Source of the DNA: Macrostomum lignano | Taxonomy: Eukaryota | Direction: 5' to 3' | DNA length: 28,049 nucleotides | Assembly (NCBI GenBank): GCA_002269645.1 | Contig: NIVC01002015.1 | Coordinates: 1-28,049 of the forward strand | Shown: in pieces, positions 19,271 through 28,049 of the stretch | Position numbering within the stretch: the stretch's first letter is position 1 | How the letters are laid out: every line of letters begins with the position of its first letter | Program-made: the position numbers and the translations under genes | The notes under the pieces: generated by a model | The model's database searches: none | Seen by the model: only the letters and a program-made list of their open reading frames with translations | Told to the model about the DNA's origin: nothing

Positions 19271-21513
19271 ATGACTGCTCAAAACCGACTGCTCACTCTG
19301 TCTCTGCTGTTGCTGGGCTGCCTAGCAACCAGCCGGGCGACTCTGGTCGTCACTGGCACCAACTACACTGTGAAGCTGGTGGAGGGCCGTGAGGGCGAGC
19401 CAAAGTACGTGCTGAGCAGGCAGTACCTGGATGTGCTGGAGTGCAGCATGTACGCCTCCGACAGCTCAAAGCTGGTTGACCCGAAAATCGACTGGAAAAT
19501 CGAAGGCTCCAACGACACTCTGGACTCGCGCTTCAGCTTCAGCGGCCGGCTGTCCGAGGATAAAAAGAATTTCACCTCCACCCTCAGCGTGCGGCGGCCA
19601 GAGAACAAGCACGTCACCAACTACACCTGCACAGGTGGGACTGACTTCCGCTCACTTTACTGGAATCTGGAGTATGTGTTGCCAGCTGGGGTTGTGCTGC
19701 CAGCTGGGGTTGTGCTGCCAGCTGGGGTGTGTGTTGCCAGCTGGGGTTGTGCTGCCAGCTGGGGTTGTGCTGCCAGCTGGGGTGTGTGTTGCCAGCTGGG
19801 GTGTGTGTTGCCAGCTGGGGTGTGTGTTGCCAGCTGGGGTGTGTGTTGCCAGCTGGGGTGTGTGTTGCCAGCTGGGGTGTGTGTTGCCAGCTGGGGTGTG
19901 TGTTGTCAGCTGGGGTGTGTGTTGCCAGCTGGGGTATGTGTTGCCAGCTGAGGTATGTGTTGCCAGCTGGGGTGTGTGTTGCCAGCTGGGGTGTGTGTTG
20001 TCAGCTGGGGTATGTGTTGCCAGCTGAGGTATGTGTTGCCAGCTGGGGTGTGTGTTGTCAGCTGGGGTGTGTGTTGTCAGCTGGGGTGTGTGTTGTCAGC
20101 TGGGGTATGTGTTGCCAGCTGAGGTATGTGTTGCCAGCTGGGGTGTGTGTTGCCAGCTGGGGTGTGTGTTGTCAGCTGGGGTGTGTGTTGTCAGCTGGGG
20201 TTGTGTTGCCAGCTGGGGTTGTGCTGCCAGCTGGGGTTGTGCTGCCAGCTGGGGTGTGTGTTGCTAGCCGGGGTATGTGTTGCCAGCTGTTGTATATGTA
20301 AAAAAGCCGCAGGCTCATCAGTCCGCATGGCTCCGCCGCTTTCAGGCAGCGCGACGGACCAGCCGGAGGCGCAGGGCCGGGCCCGCCTGCAGTCCATGCC
20401 GCTCATCAGCTTCAAGATCGACGGCGTGACCATGTCGGATGTGGGCGCCTGGCCCGGCCAGGACATCCAGATGAGCTGCATAGTGGAGGGCAACCCCGCG
20501 GGCAGCCCGGAGTGGAAGCGGGAGAAGGACGGAGCCACCATCGGGAACGGCACGGCGAACCTGGTGCTGGAGGCCGTCAACTACGATGAGCACCGGGGCT
20601 TCTACACCTGCAGGTGACTGGCGCTTTGCCAGATAATTAATTATGATTAGCTAGCTTCATTTCGTACATGTTTGTACTTTGAGTATCGGGTGCATTTCCG
20701 GAACTTTATACAGTACAATGTCATTGTCAAAGAGTTCCAAATTATAGTGTCAGGAGGTCCAAAAATTAGAAGAAACTTTCAAACATGGGGTGTCAGGAGC
20801 TCAATAAGTAGGGTGTCAGGAGCTCAATAAGTAGGGTGTCAGGGGCTCATTAGTTAGGGTGTCAGGAGTTCATTAGTAAGGGTGTCAGGAGCTCATTAGT
20901 TAAGGTGTCAGGAGTTCATTAGTAAGGGTGTCAGGAGCTCATTAGTTAAGGTGTCAGGAGTTCAATAAGAGGGTGTTCGGAGCTCATTAGTTAGGGTGTC
21001 AGGAGTTCATTAGAAAGGGTATCAGGAGTTCAATAAGAGGGTGTCAGGAGCTTATTAAGAGGGTGTCAGGACCTCATTAGTTAGGGTGTCAGGAGTTCAT
21101 TAAGTAGGGTGTCAGCAGCTCATTAAGTAGGGTGTCAGCAGCTTTTTAAGTAGGGTGTCAGCAGCTCCTTAAGTAGGGTGTCAGCAGCTCATTAAGAGGG
21201 TGTCAGCAGCTCATTAAGAGGGTGTCAGCTCATTGAGAGGGTGTCAGGAGCTCAAACTGTGTCACGAGGGTCTCAAACGCCAGGTACCAGCAGCTCAGCC
21301 CGCCCGAACCCTTGCAGCGCGAACAACAGCCAGGGCACGAACGCCGCCAAGATCTTCCTCCGGGTGAAGCACCCGCAGGCATACCTGACCCCTATGATCA
21401 TCATCATTGTGGAGGTGATCATCATCGCCATAATCGTGGTTGTGTACGAGTACTTCATGTACAAAAAGCACAAGCAGGCTGAGGCGGAGGGCGAGGCGTA
21501 CAAGACGGACTGA
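19271..21513 (+). CDS. BSG: Basigin/neuroplastin-family two-Ig-domain type I membrane protein; 275 aa
   Basis: Exons 19271-19634, 20346-20613, 21318-21513 (phases 1,2; 828 nt open). It has a signal peptide and two Ig domains (C..W..YTC). The TM segment LTPMIIIIVEVIIIAIIVVVYE carries the intramembrane Glu and YE ending diagnostic of basigin/neuroplastin/embigin. Confidence 0.88.
19672..20289 (+). repeat. 17-19-bp minisatellite (GCCAGCTGGGGTGTGTGTT) in basigin intron 1
   Basis: Directly visible; source of the CCQLG/VLPAG artefact ORFs. Confidence 0.97.
20787..21254 (+). repeat. ~21-24-bp minisatellite (GGGTGTCAGGAGCTCATTAGTTA) in basigin intron 2
   Basis: Directly visible, more diverged than the other arrays. 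Confidence 0.93.
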
Positions 21514-22046
21514 TAGTCTGGTTTGCTGCACTTGAAGGCTTTAATTGGTTCTAAACACCAGCGGCCTTGCAGTGCCTGTATTTGCCACCATGCGGATTGC
21601 CGGTAGGGGGATTTCCGAGTTGGGGAGACTGAGCCCCATCTGAACTCAGAGAAGACCAGTTTGTGACACCTGCTCAGCGAATGCGTTGTTGCTGATGCTA
21701 ATTTTAGACTCACCATTTCCTGTCATCACAAATTTGTTTATAACCCAGCGGTAAGTGACAGCACAGAGCTTCATCAAATGCTGTATTTTCTACCCTGAAA
21801 CCCCCCAGTTGCCTTAATCCGTCATTTTCTTCCCCTCTTCTCTCTCTGAAATATAGCTCTTATCAAGCAGTTTGTTCTGCAGCACCTGTGTATCAAAGCT
21901 CCCCAGCTCGGCACTTGATCGCCCCATACAAATTTCATTGTCTGCTCGCTTAGAACTAGCATAACACATTATATAGTAAAGTGTTACTGTGAGAATTGAA
22001 AATTACCTAATTAATGTGCTGTTAACTTGAAACAACGAACGAAGAA

Positions 22047-22112
22047 AATAAATTTTGCTTTCGTAATTTTTTTCTAAACGAGTTTTCTAAACATTTCCAA
22101 GCTGATTTTATT
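22047..22112. terminator. Convergent candidate polyadenylation signals: AATAAA 22047-22052 (+, basigin) and AATAAA 22112-22107 (-, HDHD2)
   Basis: Canonical hexamers downstream of each stop codon, in an AT-rich stretch; their use is inferred. Confidence 0.45.
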
Positions 22113-22276
22113 TATAAGACTGCGACTGCTACTGACAGTAGCACGTTGGGTGTTGCTGAGCATTTTTTTCATCTGTTTAATTTAGTTGTCAATCTTTATC
22201 TCAGTAACAACTTATACGGTTGAGTAAATGCAATGTCGGACAAGTCTAATTTTGACATTTTGAGTTTGTCAGGCAT

Positions 22277-22572
22277 GGGTCACACTCGGCCAGACGCGGG
22301 TCAGACTCGGTTAGACGCGGATCAGAGTCGGTCAGACGCGGGTCAGAGCCGGTCAGACGCGGGTCAGAGCCGGTCAGACGCGGGTCAGAGCCGGTCAGAC
22401 GCAGGTCACACTCGGTCAGACGCAGGTCACACTCGGTCAGACGCGGGTCAGAGTCGGCCAGACGCGGGTCAGAGCTGGTCAGACGCGGGTCAGAGTCGGC
22501 CAGACGCGGGTCAGACGCGGGTCAGAGTCGGTCAGACGCGGGTCAGAGGCGGGTCAGACGCGGGTCAGAGTC
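22277..22572 (+). repeat. 21-bp minisatellite (GCGGGTCAGAGTCGGTCAGAC) in the HDHD2 3'UTR, starting at the stop codon
   Basis: Directly visible; source of the SRSDAG artefact ORF. Confidence 0.95.
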
Positions 22573-24914
22573 AACGCCTGTCGCGCAGGATGAGGCGCAC
22601 AGCATCCAGCGCAGTGTCGCAGACAGCGGTGGGCGGCGCCTCGCAGTCTGCCCGGGCCTCGTCGCCGGCGCGGTACTTGCCGGTGCGCACCAGAATGGCG
22701 CGCAGGCCGGAGCGCACGGCGCCCGCAGCGTCGTCCTCTGCATCGTCGCCGATCATCACAGCGCAGGCGGGCGCGGCAGCGTCAGCGCCGAGAACTGACT
22801 GCGGAGGCGGGGTGGCCGCGATGTTGAGGTGACGTTGGAGATCTCTGCCGCTCAAGAGAGTCACCCAAATCTACCCGTGTATCCCCTCTGCCCTTTCGAT
22901 TCCACCCTCCAGTGTCTCTCTCTACCCTCCAGTGTCTCTCTACCCTCCAGTGTCTCTAACCCTCCAGTGTCTCTCTCTACCCTCCAGTGTCTCTCTACCC
23001 TCCAGTGTCTCTCTACCCTCCAGTGTCTCTACCCTCCAGTGTCTCTCTACCCTCCAGTGTCTCTAACCCTCCAGTGTCTCTCTACCCTCCAGTGTCTCTA
23101 ACCCTCCAGTGTCTCTCTCTACCCTCCAGTGTCTCTCTACCCTCCTGTCTCTCTCTACCCTCCAGTGTCTCTCTACCCTCCAGTGTCTCTCTACCCTCCT
23201 GTCTCTCTCTACCCTCCTGTCTCTCTCTACCCTCCAGTGTCTCTCTACCCTCCTGTCTCTCTCTACCCTCCTGTCTCTCTCTACCCTCCAGTGTCTCTCT
23301 ACCCTCCTGTCTCTCTCTACCCTCCTGTCTCTCTCTACCCTCCTGTCTCTCTCTACCCTCCTGTCTCTCTCTACCCTCCTGTCTCTCTCTACCCTCCAGT
23401 GTCTCTCTACCCTCCAGTGTCTCTCTACCCTCCTGTCTCTCTCTACCCTCCTGTCTCTCTCTACCCTCCAGTGTCTCTCTACCCTCCTGTCTCTCTCTAC
23501 CCTCCTGTCTCTCTCTACCCTCCTGTCTCTCTCTACCCTCCTGTCTCTCTCTACCCTCCAGTGTCTCTCTACCCTCCTGTCTCTCTCTACCCTCCAGTGT
23601 CTCTCTACCCTCCTGTCTCTCTCTACCCTCCTGTCTCTCTCTACCCTCCAGTGTCTATCTACCATCCTGTCTCTCTCTACCCTTCAGTGTCGCATTCTAC
23701 AATCAGTGTCTCTCTACCCTCCAGTGTCTTCTACTCACCCACGCTCACCTCAAAGAACGCAGGTGTAGGCTTGCCGAAGGCCTGTGCCGAGCGGCCGCAG
23801 GCGAACTCCAGCGCGGTGACGAACGGCCCGGGGCCCAGCCGCAGCAGGCCGTCCCCGCTGCGCAGGTAGCGGCCCCGGTGCGCGGCCAGCAGAGGCGCCT
23901 CCGGTCTGTCCAGCAGCAGCCGCATGGCCCGGCTGAGATCCTGGTAGTTGAGCTTATCGGGAGCCAGGCCCACAACCACCGAGTCGAAGTCCGCACCGCC
24001 GGGCTCGACTTGGAAATCGGCGGCCGCGGATTCTGACAGCAGCAGGAGAGGCCGGCGGAGGCCCAGTCGGTTCGCGGCGTCGGCTGTGACTGACAGGCTG
24101 GTGTGCAGCCGGCCGGGCTCCGGCTCGATACCCAGGCTGGCCAGGCGGGAAAGCAGGTCCGACCTGGGGGAGCGCCACAGCACTACTGTGTGAGTAGTCT
24201 GTTGGGGGCTTCTTCATGGCTAACAGAAAAAGTAGCTTAGCAGATTAGGGAGTGAGGGTGCAGTAGGGAGTGAGGGTGCAGTAGGGAGTGGGGGTGCAGT
24301 AGGGAGTGAGGGTGCAGTAGTAGTGAGGGTGCGGTAGGAGTGAGGGTGCGGTAGGAGTGAGGGTGCGGTAGGGAGTGAGGGTGCAGTAGGAGTGAGGGTG
24401 CAGTAGGAGTGAGGGTGCAGTAGGAGTGAGGGTGCAGTAGGAGTGAGGGTGCAGTAGGAGTGAGGGTGCAGTAGTAGTGAGGGTGCGGTAGGAGTGAGGG
24501 TGCGGTAGGAGTGAGGGTGCGGTAGGGAGTGAGGGTGCAGTAGGAGTGAGGGTGCAGTAGGGAGTGGGGGTGCAGTAGGGAGTGAGGGTGCAGTAGGGAG
24601 TGGGGGTGCGGTAGGGAATGAGGGTTCAATAGCTAAGCTGTGAAACTGTGATGCAAATTGCATCAGCCGCAGTTGAGAGAAGAGCTGCAGGTGAGGTGTG
24701 AATTGGGTCAATTAGCTGTATGATCTGAGAAAATCACCACAAAATGATCCAACCACACTGACCTTCCTTCCTTGCTAGTGTTGGACACAAAGTCCACAGC
24801 AAGACCAGCTGCTTTAGCCTCAGCCAGAGCCTCAAGAGCTCCTGGTAGCAGCTGGTTTTCAATGTGCAAGGTGCCACTAAGGTCAAATAGAATGCGTCGT
24901 ACCCCAGCAAACAT
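22571..24914 (-). CDS. HDHD2: Haloacid dehalogenase-like hydrolase domain-containing protein 2; 264 aa
   Basis: Exons 24914-24763, 24163-23749, 22798-22571 (phases 2,0; 795 nt open). Motifs [40 protein letters not shown]...DD and LVRTGKYR match HDHD2 (HAD class IIA). Confidence 0.95.
22904..23729 (+). repeat. 18-bp minisatellite with two interspersed variants (ACCCTCCAGTGTCTCTCT / ACCCTCCTGTCTCTCTCT) in HDHD2 intron 2
   Basis: Directly visible; the 18-bp period explains the in-frame artefact ORFs (LYPPVS, RVERDR). Confidence 0.97.
24246..24625 (+). repeat. 17-18-bp minisatellite (TAGGGAGTGAGGGTGC[A/G]G) in HDHD2 intron 1
   Basis: Directly visible; units differ largely at a CpG/CpA site. Confidence 0.95.
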
Positions 24915-27479
24915 CTTGATATGTTTAGCAGAAAAAGTTAAATATATTTAAAAGTATACAACTTTGAAGAAATCAAAATGAAAGCCCATAAGTTTTTTAG
25001 ACCTACAATGATATGAAGATAATAACAAGATATCCCAACTTGAGGATGCAACTTTGCCTTTATAAGCTTTATTTAATCTTAAGCAAGAGGCAGTGTTGGG
25101 TCAAAGTAAATTCCAATTAGGTAACTTTTGGTTCCAAGGAAAGTAACCTCTTGTACTTGTTCCAGTATCAATACTTTTTAAAAAAATAACTTCTGGTCCT
25201 TTCTAATTTAAAGAACTGCCAATGAAAATGCACCCAAAAACTTCCTTATGGAAAAAAACAAAAACATAAGTTTGTCTAGAGTTAAATATTAGTCTTTTAG
25301 TTATTCCTAAAAAAATCTATTATTCCACAAGGATGCTATAATATTATTGCATCCAGAATTTAAGTGAATTTACAAGAACTTAGAAAACAAGGATAAGCAA
25401 TATATAGGTCACTACACTTGTGACTCCTAAAAAATTTGGAGCCCAAATTTCAAATGTTGATTCAGACTCTTGAGAAGTATATATAGAGAAAATTTTTGGC
25501 TAATAGGCATGTCACAATAAATAGAATATATTCAGATTTAGTTACATAGATTTTAGCAAAATTTTTGTTTATGCAGGTTACTCTTCTTTACTAGTACTAT
25601 GCTGTAGTCTTACAGCAGCATATGCTAAAGTAGTATTGTATACTGCTAAGTTATTTAGAATCAAAGATAATCTTTTGACAGCCTTGGAAATATCATCTAA
25701 CAATATAGAAAAAGGATACCATGACAACTTACAATTGCAATTAGACAGATGGACAAATGAATTTATGTATAAGACATTAAACCAAGTCTTATACATAAGA
25801 CATAATACTTTTATGATTAGTGCACTTTTGTGCTGCAATAGAAAAATATAATTAGCCTCAAACAAGTTAATACTTATAAAACACTCTCAGAATGCATATA
25901 CTCATCTTGCACCAATATTGAGATGAAGAAATTAGCCACCAAAAAGATTTCTATAAATCACAAGTGTAGTGTCCTAATGTATTACTAATGGTCCTTATTA
26001 GAAAACTTGCAAGAAATTGTTTAATGTTTAATTCTTTCAAATATGTCTTGTTTCTACATTAATTGGGCTGAACTGAAAAAATTATAAGCAAAAGAAACAA
26101 CTAAGGCATAAAAAGAGAATTCTTGTTAATCATTATAGAAAATTTAATTATATGCTATTTTTAGGCTGCAAAGTTAAGTTTACAGTACATCAAGGGTTTC
26201 TATGTTTTTTGTGCCTGCCATCTTAGTGCCCTAGTTTGTTGATTTAAGTAGTTACTAAAAATTCTTTTATTCATGATTCTATGGGATAGTAGGGCTACCG
26301 GCTACCATTGTTGGGTTTTGCATTGGAACTTTTTCCCTGGTTTGGCCTTTTCTGTCCACCTTGAGGTGCCTTAGTGACAAGGATTTTGTCATCTCCTATT
26401 TAGGGTTTGGTCCCATTGTTAGCTTTCTTTTTGCCCTTTTGTGGTTTTGGGTTTTTACCTTTTCTGGCCCCTATATATTGCCCCCCTATTTTGGTCTTTT
26501 GTTTTTCTTTGTGCTGCATGCTTTCTGCAGCTATTATTTTTGTATTTGCTGAACCACCTGTGGCCCTATAGCATGTCCCAATTTCTGCATCATGGCAATG
26601 ATTATTATTTATACATAATCATATTTAATCTTGTAAAAAAATTTATAACCCTGTCCTTCCTTCTGACTTACTTGTTTCTAATTTACTTTTTTTGACTCTT
26701 TGATGCTTGGATTGTTTATTTTAACTTCAGTTTAATAGTGAGTTTATAATCTTTATTTATCAAACTTAAACTACCAACTAACTAGCTAACTTATTACTGC
26801 ATCTCTACTGGGAAACTTTGTAGTGGCTTATCTAAACCTAATATAATAAATACCAAAGAAACCAATATTATTTAAGCATAGTTACTATTTGATCTATAGG
26901 CCCCTACACCTAGTCTATCTTGAGTACTTTGTCTATGGGACAAAATAACCAATTAATGTCAATTCTAAAAAAGCTCTGAGAAATTAACATTTTGTATATA
27001 AATTACAATGGTGACAGCACTACTCTTAGACTTAGTAAGCATCAATAACAAATTTTGACATACATTAAGTTTATAGTGTCTAAGGGCCCTACATTAAAAA
27101 TATAATGAGAATTAAATAATTGTTTAAACTATTAACAACAATATGCCTCATATATAGTACTAAGACTAAGACCTAGGCCTAAATTAAAAGAATGTTTAAA
27201 ATGTTAGAATAATATTATCATTATCATGATTCATAAATACTTATAAAGGATATTTTCAACAATAGTTATCCTAGGCCATCCTATGCCCTGAGCCTGAGGC
27301 AGTGAGGCAGAGTTTATTGTTTCAAAGCATTCTGACAAAAGCCAAAGGTAATCATTATTGGGTCAATCAAAATGAAGGCATAATCCTAGTTTCCCACATT
27401 AAATTATTTTGCGTTAAAAATCAACTGAATAAGTTAAAACAAGTTAGTCCATAGCAGTGAATAGTCCGCTGAGCTCACT

Positions 27480-27680
27480 AAATGGTATAATAATGAGCAA
27501 CCTAGAACAAGTTGCCGAATGACTTCTCTAAGTAAAGGCGGCGCCAGAAGTACTTGTTCAGGTGCAAATCAAAATAGGCCGTCGCTAGTGCCATTCATCT
27601 TCTGGAACTTTGCCTTGACATGCACCAAAGTCCCTTCAATGGTATTCATATGCAAAGTTCCTAGTTTGTAGTTTCTAGTT
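27480..27680 (-). mobile_element. Degenerate Merlin (IS1595-like) DNA transposase C-terminal fragment
   Basis: The minus strand gives HMNTIEGTLVHVKAKFQKMNGTSDGLF (His 27652-27650), a +1 frameshift, then DLHLNKYFWRRLYLEKSFGNLF*. This matches the recalled Merlin consensus HTNxIEGxWxxxKxxxxxxxGTSxxLFxxYLxEFxWRR. No TIRs identified. Confidence 0.7.
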
Positions 27681-28049
27681 TCATAATTCTAAAGTAGAAT
27701 TATGAAATAATATAACGAAGTAAACTAGAACTATGTCAAAAAGGGAAAAGCCTAGTATCTCAAAATATTCTCCAAGGCCAAAGCTGCCTTGAATAAAATC
27801 TTCACTTGTTGTTAACAATAGTCTTGACCATTTAAGAGCCTGAGCGTGGTTACGATACGATACGATCGTTCCTTCTTACAGATCAAAATTAATTTATTTA
27901 ACTAGTAGTGGCGGGGTCAAGTAGTTGTGTACAGTTACGGTTTAAGTTTAACATTTAAATAGTTTTTTAAACTGACTCTATTAGAAATAACGTAGCTTAT
28001 TTAAACAACTTTTTCAACTTTCAAACAAGTTTAAACAAATTTATTCAAT

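Noticed and set aside
19635-20345. CCQLG/VLPAG-repeat extensions of the basigin ORFs
   Set aside because: Read-through into intron 1; donor 19635 and acceptor 20345 restore the Ig protein.
22233-22832. 199-aa plus-strand ORF with SRSDAG repeats
   Set aside because: Antisense to HDHD2 exon 3 and its 3'UTR minisatellite.
22829-24036. Long LYPPVS/SLSTL/RVERDR ORFs
   Set aside because: Products of the 18-bp intronic array.
24220-24711. PTAPSL/HPHSL-repeat ORFs
   Set aside because: Products of the HDHD2 intron-1 array.

Overview
This is eukaryotic (metazoan) genomic DNA with GT-AG introns, GC-rich exons and roughly 30% tandem repeats. The style and a recalled RTE family suggest the flatworm Macrostomum lignano or a relative (inference, not verified). 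Six spliced genes were rebuilt by hand with consistent intron phases: (1) minus 218-2477, a permuted papain-like (LRAT/PPPDE-type) protein built from internally duplicated exons; (2) plus 3381-4392, a secreted fibrinogen-domain protein; (3) minus 5479-6729, a peptide-type rhodopsin GPCR with polyQ; (4) plus 9641-12658, a myristoylated NCS/recoverin-like EF-hand protein; (5) plus 19271-21513, basigin; (6) minus 22571-24914, HDHD2. There are three degenerate transposon remnants (RTE-type RT, RNase H/CCHC LINE, Merlin transposase) and about 14 distinct micro/minisatellite arrays, many filling introns. Most long ORFs in the supplied track are repeat artefacts. The most notable observations are: a sharply bounded ~2.7 kb CpG desert that reaches into HDHD2 exon 1; a multi-domain protease-like gene assembled by tandem exon duplication with a splice acceptor recruited from coding sequence; and growth of short introns by private minisatellites. 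No CRISPR array, rRNA or tRNA was recognised.
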